The notes under the pieces were generated by a model that did no database searches, was not told the DNA's origin, and saw nothing but the letters and a program-made list of their open reading frames with translations. From assembly GCA_038087875.1 (NCBI GenBank), contig CM075995.1, positions 6,512,001 through 6,576,000 on the forward strand: a stretch of 64,000 nt of DNA. Direction: 5' to 3'. Of the stretch, positions 11,955 to 25,583 are shown piece after piece (within the stretch, counting starts at the first letter, position 1; each line of letters opens with the position of its first letter). Both the position numbers and the translations under genes were made by a program. Source of the stretch: Malacoraja senta (taxonomy: Eukaryota).

Positions 11955-13360
11955 TCAAGTCAAGTCACATTTATTTATATAGCACATTTAAAAAAACAAC
12001 TCTCGTTGGACAAAGTGCTTTACATTTGTTATAAGAATAGTATAAACAACAAACTACCTACATATATACATGTAGCCCTCGCTCAGGGACGTCAAGAAAG
12101 CTTGGGAGTACCAGATAAGTTTTTAGTCTAGACTTAAAGGAGTCGATGGAGGGGCAGTTCTGATGGGAAGGGGGATGCTGTTCCACAGTCTAGGAGCTGC
12201 AACCGCAAAGGCGCGGTCGCCCCTGAGCTTATGCCTAAACCGCGGGATATTCAGCAACCCCAAGTCGGCCGATCTGAGGGACCTGGAGGTGGTGTGGTGG
12301 GTGAGAAGACTTTTAATGTAGGTGGGGGCAAGCCCATTGAGGGCTTTGTAGACATAGAGGAGGATCTTGAAATTTATTCGGAACCGCACAGGGAGCCAGT
12401 GGAGAGAGGCCAGGATCAGGGTGATGTGGTCCCTTTTTCGGGTGCCCGTCAGGAGTCTCGCTGCGGCGTTTTGGACCAGTTGCAAGTGGAACAGGGAAGA
12501 TTGGCTGATGCCAGTGTAAAGGGAGTTGCAGTAATCTAGGCGGGAGGAGATAAATGTGTGGATGCTCTTTTCGAGGTCATCAAACTGGAGGAATTGTTTT
12601 ATTTTAGCTATCGTCCAAAGCTGAAAGAAGCTAGCTTTTACCACGGCATTGACTTGTTTGTCAAATTTCAGTGCTGAGTCAAATATCACGCCAAGGTTTT
12701 TGACATGAGGTTTGAGTAGTGGGGTAAGGCTTCCAAGGCTGCCTGCTATCATTTTGATTGGGGCCGAGAAGGATGACCTCAGACTTACTCTTGTTTAGTT
12801 GGAGGAAGTTCTGGGCCATCCAACACTTTATATCCTTGAGGCAGTTGGTAAGGTTAAGCAGATTTGATTGGTTTTTGGGCTTCAGGGGGAGATAGAGTTG
12901 TGTATCGTCTGCGTAGCAATGGAAGGAAATGCCGTGCCTTTCAATGACTTGGCCTAAGGGGAGCATAAACAGGGAGAAGAGAATGGGGCCAAGGATGGAA
13001 CCTTGTGGAACCCCACAGCAGAGACTAGCTGGCGAGGAGAAAGAGTTGCCTATGTTAGTAGAGAAACTCCTACCTTTGAGGTAGGAGATGAACCAGCTCA
13101 GGGCAGTGCCATCAATACCAACCCCGTACCGGAGACGGTCAATTAGGATGGTGTGGTCGACAGTATCAAATGCTGCGCTGAGGTCAAGAAGGAGCAGGAT
13201 TGCACAGTCGCCGGAGTCAACGGTGAGCAGTAGGTCATTGTGTACCTTCAACAAGGCAGACTCTGTGCTGTGGTGAGCCCTGAAACCTGATTGGAAAGTT
13301 TCCAAGATAGTATTTTGGTGAAGGTAAGGCATAAGTTGACTTAAAATTACCTTTTCAAGG
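11955..13360 (-). mobile_element. L2-clade LINE RT/C-terminal fragment, frameshifted
   Basis: ORFs 12679-13332 (QSGFRAHHSTESAL, LLDLSAAFDTVDH, GVPQGSILGP, YADDTQLY) and 12123-12752 (SRLDYCNSL, LHWLPV, APRLWNS); (TTGAC)n tail near 11955-11970. Confidence 0.9.
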
Positions 13361-14199
13361 TAATGAAGTCCACAGATTCACCACCCTCTGACTAAAGAAA
13401 TTCCTCCTCATCTCCTTCCTAAAGGTACATCCTTTTATTTTGAGGCTACTGCCTCTGGTCCTGGACTCTCCCACTAGTGCAAACATCCTCTCCACGCCCA
13501 CTCTATCCAGGCCATCACTTTATAAGTTTATATTCATGTTCTAGAAGCAGAATTAGGCCATTCAACCCATCAAGACGACTCCGCCATTTAATCATAGCTG
13601 ATCTATCTTTCCCTCTTAACCCCATTCTCCTGCCTTCTCCCCATAACCCCTGACACCCATACTAATTACTTGAGTTTGACCTGATTGTATTCATAAATGG
13701 TATTATTTGATCTGATTCGATAGCAAGCATAACAAAAGCATTCACTGTACCTCAGTACACGTGACAATAATAAATTTAAACCTAAAACTCTCCCTCTCAT
13801 ACTTGGAAGATTTCTAACACTCAAATGGCAGGATCATTTCACACAGAGGGTGGAGGGTGCATGGAACGATCTGCCAGAGGAGGTAGTTGGGGCAGGTACT
13901 ATCCCAACACTTAAAAGACATTTGGACAAGTACATAGATAGGACAGGTTTAGAGGGATATGGGCCAAACGCAGGCAGGTGGGACTAGTGTAGCTGCAGCA
14001 TCTTGGTCAGCATGGGCAAGTTGGGCTGAAGGGTCTGTTTCCACGATCTGACTATGATAGCCTGAATATCGGAATCAATTCCCAGTCTAAAGAGTTATGA
14101 GATGATAGAACATTTTTGTCCTTCTAAGTGAGAAGGTTGAATCTTTAGGATTACCCATACACAGCAGAGTGAATGACTTCTTACAGGAGGATGTTTGGC

Positions 14200-14791
14200 A
14201 AGTAAAGAGGTTCTTCTGCAGTTGTATAGGGCTCTGGTAAGACCACATCTGGAGTATTGTGTACAGTTTTGGTCTCCTAATTTGAGGAAGGACATCCTTG
14301 TGATTGAGGCAGTGTAGCGTAGGTTCACGAGATTGATCCCTGGGATGGTGGGACTGTCATATGAGGAAAGATTGAAAAGACTAGGCTTGTATTCACTGGA
14401 GTTTAGAAGGATGAGGGGGCATCTTATAGAAACATATAAGATTATAAAAGGACTGGACATGCTAGATGCAGGAAAAATGTTCCCAATGTTGGGCGAGTCC
14501 AGAACCAGGGGCCACAGTCTTAAAATAAAGGGGAGGCCATTTAAGACTGAGGTGAGAAAAAACTTTTTCACCCAGGGAGTTGTGAATTTGTGGAATTCCC
14601 TGGCACAGAGGGCATTGGAGGCCAAGTCACTAGATGGATTTAAGAGAGTTAGATGGAGCTCTAGGGGCTAGTGGAATCAAGGGATATGGGGAGAAGGCAG
14701 GCACGGGTTATTGATTGGGGACGATCAGCCATGATCACAATGAATGGCGGTGCTGGCTCGAAGGGCAGAATGGTCTCCTCCTGCACATATT
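14200..14791 (+). mobile_element. CR1 LINE 3' fragment
   Basis: ORF 14333-14671 with CR1 C-terminal motifs; tail runs into the assembly gap. Confidence 0.85.
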
Positions 14792-14991
14792 NNNNNNNNN
14801 NNNNNNNNNNNNNNNNNNNNNNNNNNNNNNNNNNNNNNNNNNNNNNNNNNNNNNNNNNNNNNNNNNNNNNNNNNNNNNNNNNNNNNNNNNNNNNNNNNNN
14901 NNNNNNNNNNNNNNNNNNNNNNNNNNNNNNNNNNNNNNNNNNNNNNNNNNNNNNNNNNNNNNNNNNNNNNNNNNNNNNNNNNNNNNNNNNN
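14792..14991. other. Assembly gap (200 N)
   Basis: Run of N characters. Confidence 0.99.
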
Positions 14992-15681
14992 CCCCATCTA
15001 CACTAGTCCCCACCTGCCCGCGTTTGGTCCATATCCCCTCCAAAACCTGTCCTATCCATGTACTTGTCTACCTGTTTCCTTAAATGTTGGGATAGTCCTA
15101 GCCTCAACTACCTCCTCTGGCAGCTTGTTCCATACACCCACAACCCTTTGTGTGAAAATGTTGCCCCTGAGATTCCTATTAAATCTTTCCCCCCCTCACC
15201 TTAAGCCTATGTCCGCTGGTTCTCGATTCCCCTACTCTGGGTAAGAGACTCTGTGGATCTACCCGATCTATTCATCTCATGATTTTGTACACCTCCATAA
15301 GATCATCCCTCATCCTCCTGCGCTCCATGGAATAGAGTCCCAGCCTGCTCAACCTCTGCCTATCAGACCCTCGAGTCCTGGCAAAACCCTTGTAAATCTT
15401 CTCTGTACCCTCTCCAGCTTGACAACGTCTTTCCTATAACACGGTGCCCAGAACCTGCACATCTTTGGAGTGCGGGAGGAAACCGAAGATCTCGGAGAAA
15501 ACCCGCACAGGGAGAACGTACAAGCTCCGTGCAGAGGGGTCGGGATCGAAGCCGGCCTCACGCGCTGTGAGGCAGCAACTCTACCGCTGCGCCACCGTGC
15601 CGCCCGCGAATCTGTGACTAATGTGTGTGCATTCTTTCCTCCCCACCCCCCCCCCCCCCCCCCCCCCCCCACCCCACTCAG

Positions 15682-15917
15682 TGTTGAATGGCTCGGGCAA
15701 GCTTTTGAGAGATAAGGAGTCTGTCCAGAAACACAAAGGAAAAGAAGCAACGCCAGGCAAGGAGAGGAACGGTGACTACAAGGTGGAGTGCAAGAAGGAG
15801 CCATGTTCGACTGGGGCTGCTGCTAATTCTGCTTCGCAAGTGGGCAGCTCCGCTAAAGGACCTGCTGCTAACAGCTCAGCTATTACAAAACCACCTCAGG
15901 AGCACCAAACACAACAG
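15682..15917 (+). CDS. jarid2: JARID2 internal coding exon (probably equivalent to human exon 6)
   Basis: Acceptor ctcag|TG (phase 1), donor CAG|gtatgt (phase 0). Translation VLNGSGKLLRDKESVQKHKGKEATPGKE...GSSAKG resembles the JARID2 segment VFNGS...EPVQKHKSKEATPAKE...GSSAKG as I recall it. Splices in frame to 34220. Confidence 0.9.
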
Positions 15918-16617
15918 GTATGTCAAGTAAAAATTGGCCGTCCGCGATGGTTGCATCGAAAGGCATTGATATCGACAGCCCAGACCATCAGACAACACAA
16001 ACCAACCTCCCTTCCATTGACTCCATTTATGGGCAGCACGGTGGCGCAGCGCTAGAGTTGCTGCCTCACAGCGCCAGAGACACTGGGTTCAATCCTGACT
16101 ACGGGTGCTGTCTGTATGGAGTGTGTACGTCGGTGTGGAAACAGGGAATTGCAGGTGCTGGAAAGAAAGAACTGCAAGCACTGGCAAATAGACAAACGGA
16201 CACAGAGTGCTGGAGCAACTCAGAAGGTCAGGCAGCATCTCTGGAGGGCATGGATAGTGATGAAGTTAATGAAATTCATGGGCGTTCTATACGAGCGTTT
16301 AGAAACCTGATAACAGAGGGGAAGAATCTGTACTGAATTTAAACAAGAGATGGGCAGGATGTTCTCACATCCTTCATTCGTACGGGTTATGGGAGAAGGC
16401 AGGAGAATGGGGTTAGCAAGGGAGAGATAGATCAGCCATCCTCGTAAAATCTCTGCACTCTTTCCAGCTTAATATTAATTTGATATTCCAGCTTTCTATT
16501 AAATCTTTGCCCCCTCTCATGATCTTAGATCATAAGGTCATAAGTGATAGGAGTAGAATTAGGCTATTTGGCCCATCAAGTCTACTACGCCATTCAATCA
16601 TAAAAACATAGAAAATA

Positions 16618-18220
16618 CAGTGGCTTGCAAAAGTTTTCATACCCCTTGAACTTTTCCACATTTTGCCACGTTACAACCACAAACGTAAATGTATTTTATT
16701 GGGATTTTATGTGATAGACCAACACAAAGTGGTGCATAATTGTGAAGTGGAAGGAAAATGCTACATGGTTTTCAAATGTTTTTACAAATAAAAAACTGAA
16801 AAAGTGTGGCGTGCAAAAGTATTCAGCCCCCCTGAGTCAATACTTTGTAGAACCACCTTTTGCTGCAATTACAGCTGCAAGTCTTTTGGGGTATGTCTCT
16901 ACCAGCTTTGCACATCTAGAGACTTAAATTTTGCCCATTCTTCTTTGCAAAATAGCTCAAGCTCAGTCAGATTGGATGGAGAGCGTCTGTGAACAGCAAT
17001 TTTCAAGTCTTGCCAGAGATTCTCAATTGGATTTAGGTCTGGACTTTGACTGGGCCATTCTAACACATGAATATGCTTTGATCTAAACCATTCCATTGTA
17101 GCTCTGGCTGTATGTTAGGGTCGTTGTCCTGCTGGAAGGTGAACCTCCGCCCCAGTCTCAAGTCTTTTGCAGACTCTAACAGGTTTTCTTCCAAGATTGC
17201 CCTGTATTTGGCTCCATCCATCTTCCCATCAACTCTGACCAGCTTCCCTGTCCCTGCTGAAGAAAAGCATCCCCACAGCATGATGCTGCCACCACCATGT
17301 TTCACAGTGGGGATGGTGTGTTCAGGGTGATGTACAGTGTTAGGTTTCCGCCACACATAGCGTTTTGCATTTAGGCCAAAAACCTCAATTTTGGTCTCAT
17401 CTGACCAGAGCACCTTCCTCCACATGTTTGCTGTGTCCCCCACATGGCTTGTGGCAAACTGCAAATGGGACTTCTTATGGCTTTTTTTCAACAATGGCTT
17501 TCTTCTTACCACTCTTCCATAAAGGCCCGATTTGTGGAGTGCACGACTAGTAGTTGTCCTGTGGACAGATTCTCCCACCTGAGCTGTGGATCTCTGCAGC
17601 TCCTCCAGAGTTACCATGGGCCTCTTGGCTGCTTCTCTGATCAATGCTCTCCTTGCCCGGCCTGTCAGTTTAGGTGGACGGCCATGTCTTGGTAGGTTTG
17701 CAGTTGTGCCATACTCTTTCCATTTTCGGATGATGGATTGAACAGTGCTCCGTGAGATGTTCAAAGCTTGGGATATTTGTTTATAACCTAACCCTGCTTT
17801 AAACTTCTCCACAACCTGTCTGGTGTGTTCCTTGGGCTTCATGATGCTGTTTGTTCACTAATGTTCTCTAACAAACCTCTGAGGCCTTCACAGAACAGCT
17901 GTATTTATACTGAGATTAGATTACACACAAGTGGACTCTATTTACTAATTAGGTGACTTCTGAAGGCAATTGGTTGCACTGGATTTTATTTAGGGGTATC
18001 AGAGTAAAGGGGGCTGAATACTTTTGCACGCGACACTTTTCAGTTTTTTATTTGTAAAAAATTTGAAAACCATGTATCATTTTCCTTCTACTTCACAATT
18101 ACGTGCCACTTTGTGTTGGTCTATCACATAAAATCCCAATAAATTACATTTACGTTTGTGGTTGTAACGTGACAAAATGTGGAAAAGTTCAAGGGGTATG
18201 AATACTTTTGCAGGCCACTG
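16618..18220 (-). mobile_element. Tc1/mariner DNA transposon, Passport-like, near full length with IR/DR termini
   Basis: TA|CAGTGGCTTGCAAAAG...CTTTTGCAGGCCACTG|TA; ~215-bp TIRs with internal direct repeat tgcaaaagtattca; encodes a transposase. Confidence 0.95.
16837..17842 (-). pseudogene. Tc1 DD34E transposase with frameshifts
   Basis: MKPKEHTRQ...GRPPKL...WSDETK...QQDNDP, frameshift near 17115, then [15 protein letters not shown], second frameshift near 16925, ending AAKGGSTKY*. Confidence 0.9.
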
Positions 18221-18419
18221 TAGGTGCAGGAGTAGGCCATTCGGCCCTTCGAGCCTGCACCGCCATTCAATATGATCATGGCTGATCATCCAACTCAGTA
18301 TCCTGTACCTGCCTTCTCTCCATACCCCCTGATCCCTTTAGCCACAAGGGCCACATCTAACTCCCTCTTAAATATAGCCAATGAACTGGCCTCAACTACA
18401 ATAAATCATGGCCTCAATA

Positions 18420-19100
18420 AATCATGGCTGATCTATCTCTCCTTCCTAACCCCATTCTCCTGCCTTCTCCCCATAATCTCTGACACCCGTACTAATCAAG
18501 AATCTATCCATCTCTGCCATAAAAATATCCACTGACAGTCTCCACAGCCTTTTGTGGCAAAGAATTCCGCAGATTCACCACCCTCTGACTAAAGAAATTC
18601 CTCATCACCTCCTTCCTAAAAGAACGTCCTTTAATTCTTAGGCAATGACCTCTAGTCCTGGACTCTCCCACTAGTGGAAAATATCCTCTCCACATCCACT
18701 CTATCCAAGCCTTTCAGTATTCTGTATGTTTCAATGAGGTCTCCCCTCATCCTTCTAAACTCCAGCGAGTACAGGCCCAGTGCCGACAAACGCTCTTCAT
18801 AGGTTAACCTATTCATTCCTGGGATAATTCTTGTAAACCTCCTCTGGACCCTCGCCAAAAGCCAGCACATCATTCCTCGTATATGGTGCCCAAAATTGCT
18901 CATAATATTCCAAATGCGGCCTGACCAGCGGCTTATAGAGTCTCAGCATTACATCCCTGTTTTTGTATACAAGCCCTCTTGAAATGAACGCCAGCATTGC
19001 GTTTACTATCGATTCGACTTGCAGATAAATTTTTGGGAATCCTGCACCAGCATTCGCAAGACGCTTTGCACCTCCGATTTCTGGATTCTCTCCCCAGTTG
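18420..19100 (-). mobile_element. CR1 LINE 3' fragment
   Basis: Frameshifted ORFs with [38 protein letters not shown]. Confidence 0.8.
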
Positions 19101-19904
19101 GATCGCCTCCTGCGCTCCAAGGAATAGAGTCCTATTACTTTTTTTTTTGAGATGCTAAATTAGAATGCAGTTGTTATAAATAAAAGCCACGTGTTTGTAG
19201 ATGGGAAGGTTTTATTGCCAGTAATCTGGCAATCCTGCCACAGTGTGGATTGAGGGTTGTAGGAAGGAACTGCAGATGCTGTTTTACACCAAAGATAGAC
19301 ACAAAATGCTGGAATAACTCAGCGGGTCAAGCAACATCTCTGGAGAGAAGGAATGGGCGACACTTCGGGTCGAGACCCTTCTTCAGACTGAGAGTCGGGG
19401 GAGTGAGGGAGACACAGAGATATAGATGGGTAAGGTGTGAAAACGACAGATCAAAGGGGACGGAGATAAGGAAAATGTAGGCTGGATCATGGTTAGCTGA
19501 GGGGAAGGAGACAACAAGGCTTACAATCAGTCAAATTTAATCAGGAGTACAGTGAAACTAGTTAGAGAGCTCAGATGGGGGAGGGATGGAGTGAGAGGGA
19601 AAGCAAGGGCAACTTGAAGTTAGTGAAATCAATATTCATACTGCAGGTAGACACAAAAAAGCTGGCTCAGCGGGACAGGCAGCATCTCTGGAGAGAAGGA
19701 ATGGGTGGCGTTTCGGATCGATACCCTTCCGGGTCAAGACCTGAAACGCCACCCATTCAATTTCTCCAAAGATCTTTCAGGTTCAGTTTCAGTTTAGTTT
19801 ACTGTCACGTGTACTGAGGTGCAGTGAAAACCTTTTGTTGCGTGCTAACCAGTCAGCTGAAAGACAATACATGATTACAATCGAGCCGTTTACAGTGTAC
19901 AGAT

Positions 19905-21330
19905 ACATAGAAACATAGAAACATAGAAAATAGGTGCAGGAGTAGGCCATTCGGCCCTTCGAGCCTGCACCGCCATTCAATATGATCATGGCTGATCATC
20001 CAACTCAGTATCCTGTACCTGCCTTCTCTCCATACCCCCTGATCCCTTTAGCCACAAGGGCCACATCTAACTCCCTCTTAAATATAGCCAATGAACTGGC
20101 CTCAACTACATTCTGTGGCAGAGAATTCCACAGATTCACCACTCTCTGTGTGAAAAATGATTTCTCATCTCGGTCCTAAAAGACTTCCCCCTTATCCTTA
20201 AACTGTGACCCCTTGTTCTGGACTTCCCCAACATCGGGAACAATCTTCCTGCATTTAGCCTGTCCAACCCCTTAAGAATCTTGTAAGTTTCTATACGATC
20301 CCCCCTCAATCTTCTAAATTCTAGCGAGTACAAGCCGAGTCTATCCAGTCTTTCTTCATATGAAAGTCCTGCCATCCCAGGAATCAGTCAGGTGAACCTT
20401 CTCTGTACTCCCTCTATGGCAAGAATGTCTTTCCTCAGATTTGGTGACCAAAACTGTATGCAATACTCCAGGTGTGGCCTCACCAAGACCTTGTACAACT
20501 GCAGTAGAACCTCCCTGCTCTTATACTCAAATCCTTTTGCTATGAATGCTAACATACCATTCGCTTTCTTCACTGCCTGCTGCACCTGCATGCCTACTTT
20601 CAATGACTCGTAGCATCTCCCCTTTTCCTAATCGACCACCATTCAGATAATAGTCTACTTTCCTGTTTTTGCCACCAAAGTGGATAACCTCACATTTATC
20701 CACATTATACTGCATCTGCTATGCATTTGCCCACTCACCCAACCTATCCAAGTCACCTTGCAGCCTCCTAGCATCCTCCTCACAGCTAACACTGCCCCCC
20801 AGCTTTGTGTCATCCGCAAACTTGGAGATGTTGCATTCAATTCCCTCGTCCAGATCATTAATATATATTGTAAATAGCTGAGGTCCCAGCACTGAGCCTT
20901 GCGGTACCCCACTAGTCACTGCCTGCCATTCTGAAAAGGACCCGTTTACTCCTACTCTTTGCTTCCTGTCTGCCAGCCAGTTCTCTATCCACATCAATAC
21001 TGAACCCCCAATACCGTGTGCTTTAAGTTTGCATACTAATCTCTTATGTAGGACCTTGTCGAAAGCCTTCTGAAAGTCCAGATATAACACATCCACTGGT
21101 TCTCCCTTATCCACTCTACTAGTTACATCCTTGAAAAATTCTAGAAGATTCGTCAGACATGATTTACCTTTCATAAATCCATGCTGACTTTGTCCAATGA
21201 TTTCACCACTTTCCAAATGTGCTGCTATCCCATCTTTAATAACTGACTAGCATTTTCCCCACTACCGATGTTAGACTAACTGGTCTGTAATTCCCCGTTT
21301 TCTCTCTCCCTCCCTTTTTAAAAAGTGGGG
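19905..21330 (-). mobile_element. CR1 LINE RT and 3' end
   Basis: ORF 20719-21216 with [43 protein letters not shown]; (TTCTATGT)n tail at about 19905-19930. Confidence 0.9.
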
Positions 21331-22115
21331 GTTACATGATAAGGAAATAATGTTTAGTGCAAGGTAAAGCCAGTAAAGTCCGATCAAAGATAGTCCGAGG
21401 GTCACCAATGAGGTAGACAGTAATTCAGGACCGCTCTCTGGTTGTTGGAAGATGGTTCTGTTGCCTGATAACAGCTGGGAAGAAACTGTCCCTGAATCTG
21501 GAGGTGTGCGTTTTCACACTTCTGTACCTTTTGGCCGATGGATAAGGGGAGAAGAGGGAATGACCCGGATGCGAGTCGTCCTAGATTATGCTGCTAGCCT
21601 TGCCGAGGCAGCGTAAGGTGTAGATGTAGTCAATGGAAGGGAGGTTGGTTTGTGTGATGGTCTGGGCTGCTGCGTCCACAAATGTCTGCAATTTCTTACA
21701 ATCTTGGATGGAGCAGTTTCCAAACCAAGCTGTGACGCTTGCCGATAAAATTCTTTCTACGGTGCATCTGTAGAAGTTGAGAATTGTTGGGGATGGCACG
21801 GTGGCGCAGCAGTAGTGTTGCTGCCTTACAGCGCTTGCAGCGCCCGAGACCCGGGTTTGATCCCGACTACGGAGTTTGTACGTTCTCCCCGTGACTGCGT
21901 GGGTTTTCTCCGAGATCTTCGGTTTCCTCCCACACTCAAATAGTACAGGTTTGTAGGTTAATGGGCTTGGTGTAAATCTACATTGTCCCGAGTGTGTGTG
22001 TGTGTGTGGGGGGGAGGGTAGTTTTAATGTATGGGGATCGCTGGTCGGCACAGACTCTGGTCTGAAGGGCCTGTTTCTGCCCCTCAGTAGAGGCGCTGCC
22101 TGGCCCGCTGAGTTA

Positions 22116-22705
22116 TGCCCCTGTCTCACTTAGGAAACCTGAACGGAAACCTCTGAAGACTTTGCGCCCCACCCAAGGTTTCAGTGAGGTTCCCGGAGGT
22201 TTTTGTCAGTCTCCCCAATGGTCGAAAGTGGTTTCTGCTTCTTCTATGTTCCGGCGATTATTTAAAAAAATTCAAAACTGGCCGCAGCTAAAAATAGGTT
22301 GCCGTTTTAAAAATCTGTACTTTTTTAGTTGAAGCCGGTTGCGATGCTAGTTGAAGGTGGTTGCCGGAGGTTGCAGGTTGTGGAAGGTAAGACCTCCCTG
22401 GTGGAATAAAACTGGGTGAAAAAAAGGTCTTACCTTCCACCACCTGCAACCTCCGGCAACCACCTTCAACTAGCATCGCAATCGGCTTCAACTAAAAAAT
22501 TACAGATTTTTAAAACGGCAACCTATCTTTAGTCGCGGCCGGTTTTTTAATTTTTTTAAATAATCTCCGGAACATAGAAGAAGCGGAAACCACTTTCGAC
22601 CATTAGGGAGACTGACAAAAACCTCCGGGAACTGCACGGAAACCTTGGGTGGGGCGCAAAGTCTCCAGAGGTTTCCGTTCAGGTTTCCTAAGTGGGACAG
22701 GGGCA
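22116..22705. mobile_element. PIF/Harbinger-like fold-back MITE
   Basis: TTA|TGCCCCTGTCTCACTTAGG...CCTAAGTGGGACAGGGGCA|TAA; arms of about 280 bp around a ~30-bp spacer; inserted in a Penelope tail (gagtta/ctccagc). Confidence 0.8.
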
Positions 22706-24007
22706 TAACTCCAGCATTTTGTGTCTGGCTACAGTGAGGATTGAACCGTCTACCTCGGTGTCCCTGTGTGAGATTGATGTTGCAGGAGTTTCTGGGCAGA
22801 CAGCCCCGGGCTGGGAACAGCGTGTTCTCTATAGCTGGCTATGGCGGTTGACTGAGACAGATTTGACTCAGTTCGTTCCCCACTGCTGGGAACATTGTTT
22901 GTCTCCCTTGGGCGTAGGTCGGCTGATGACAGCAAAATACCGTGGCTGGAAAGCTTGGAGCATCGCTGCTCCTGAACCTGGGCCAATAATATTTCCCTTT
23001 CAAAATCTCCTTTAGTTTTAATTTTTAGTTCTGGAGATACAGCCTGCAAACAGGCCTTCTGGCGCACCGAGTCCGCGCCGACCAGCGATCACCCCGTACT
23101 GTCCCACACACACCAGGGACAATCGAAGGGCCGAATAGTAGCCATTTGTTCCGTGTGTGTTGATTACTAGGTTCATGTTCATAAGTTATAGGAGCAGAAT
23201 TATGCCATTCGGTCTACTCCACCATTCAATCATGGCTGATCTATCTCTCCCTCCTAACCCCATTCTCCTGCCTTCTCCTCGTAACCCCTGACACCCGTAC
23301 TAAGCAAGAATCTATCTACTTCTGCCTTAAAAATATTCACTGTCCTGGCCGTACACTAGCACTATCGTACACACTAGGGACCATTTACAGAAGCCAATTA
23401 ACCTACAAACCTATACGTCTTTGTGGTGCGGGAGGAAACCGGAGCACCCGGAGGAAACACACACGATCACGGGGAGAACGTACAAACTCCGTACAGAAAG
23501 CACCCGTAGTCAGGATGGAACCCGGGTCTCTGGTGCTGTGAGGCAGCAACTCTACCGCTGCGCCACCGTGCCGCACTAGTTAGAATGTGGTGAATCTGTG
23601 GAATTCACCAGTCATTGGGTATTTTCAAAGCGGAGATTGATAGGTTCTTGATTAGTAAGGGTGACAAAGGCAGGAGAATGAGCTTGAGAGGGAAAGTAGA
23701 TCAGCCATGATTGAATGGCAAAGCAGACTCAATGGGCCGAGTGGCGTAATTCTGCTCCAATGCCTTGTGGTTATTTGGACTCTAGATTGCCCTTAGTGTG
23801 CAGGGACTGGATGCAAACATGGGATAACATGGAACTAGGTGATCGATGGTTGGCACGGATTTGGTGGGCCGAAGGGCCTGTTTCCATACTATGTCATTCA
23901 ACCTTTTGGGCCTTACACCTGAGGAAAGGATATGCTGGTGTTGGAGAGGGTCCAGAGGAGGTTTACGAAAATGATTCCATGAATGAGTGAGTTGACATAG
24001 GATGTAC

Positions 24008-24300
24008 GGTGGCACGGTGGCGCAGCAGGAAAGTTGCTGCCTTATAGCGCAAGAGATCCAGGTTTGATCCTGACTACGGGTGCTGTCTGTAAGGAGTTTG
24101 TACGTTCTCCCCGTGACCTGCGTGAGTTTTCTCCTCCCACACTCCAAAGACGTACAGGTTTGTGGGCTTAGCTGTTTTGGTAAACTTGTAAATTGTCCCC
24201 AGTGTGTGTAGGATAGTGCTAGTGTACGGGGTGATCGCTGGTTGGCACGTGGGCTGAAGTGACTGATTCCGCACTGTATCTCTAAACTAAACTAAACTAA
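24008..24300 (+). mobile_element. V-SINE (HE1-like)
   Basis: tRNA-like head, V domain, (CTAAA)n end. Confidence 0.8.
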
Positions 24301-25187
24301 TAACTGGAATTAGTCGGATATGGGCCAAATGTGGGCAGGCGGAACTAGTTTTAGTTACAGTGCAGAAACACGCCCTTCGTCCCACTAAATCCGCGCCGAC
24401 CAGCGATATTAACTATCCTACACACACTAGGGACAATTGTTACATTTACCAAGCCAATTTACCTACATACCTGTACGTCTTTGGAGTGTGGGACGAAACC
24501 GAAGATCTCGGAGAAAACCCACTCAGGTCACGGGGAGAACGTACAAACACCGTACAGACAGTACCCGTAGTCGGGATCGAACCCGGGTCTCTGGCGCTGT
24601 CAGGCAGCAACTCTTCCGCTGCGCCACCGTGCTGCCCATGGTAGGTTTAGAGGGAATGGAGAAACAAGGAACTGCAGAGGCTGGTTTAGACCAAAGATAA
24701 GACACACAATGCTGGAGTAACTCAGCAGGTCAGGCAGCATCTGTGGAGAAAAAGGATGGGTGAAGTTTCGGGTCGGGAGAAGTCTGAAGAAGGAACCCGA
24801 CCCAAAATGTCACCCATCCTTTTTCTCCAGAGATGCTGCCTGACCCGATGAGTTACTCCAGCACTTTGTGTAAATCTTAGTGTTAGAGCGATAAGGGCCA
24901 ACAAACGCAGGCTGGTGGGACTAGTGCAGTTGGGGCATGTTGGTCAGCGTGGGAAGTTGGACCGAAGGGCCTTTTTCCATGCTATATGACTCCTGGACTC
25001 TATATGAATAGAGAGATATCCATCATGAACAGGCAGATGAGATCAGTTTAGCTTCCATCATGTCCGGCACAAACATTGTGGGCTGAATGGCCAATTGCTG
25101 TGCTGTACTGATTTTGTTTTGTTAAGTTTAGAGATACAACGCGGAAACAGGCCCTTCAGCCCACCGAGTTCATGCCAACCAGCGATA

Positions 25188-25583
<396 letters not shown>

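Noticed and set aside
14671..15244. ORFs spanning X residues
   Set aside because: Artefacts of the 200-N assembly gap.
18221..20110. Identical ~180-bp direct repeats as LTRs of an LTR element
   Set aside because: Both are 3' tails of a young CR1 subfamily (third copy near 49927-50140); no TG...CA ends, PBS or gag/pol between them.
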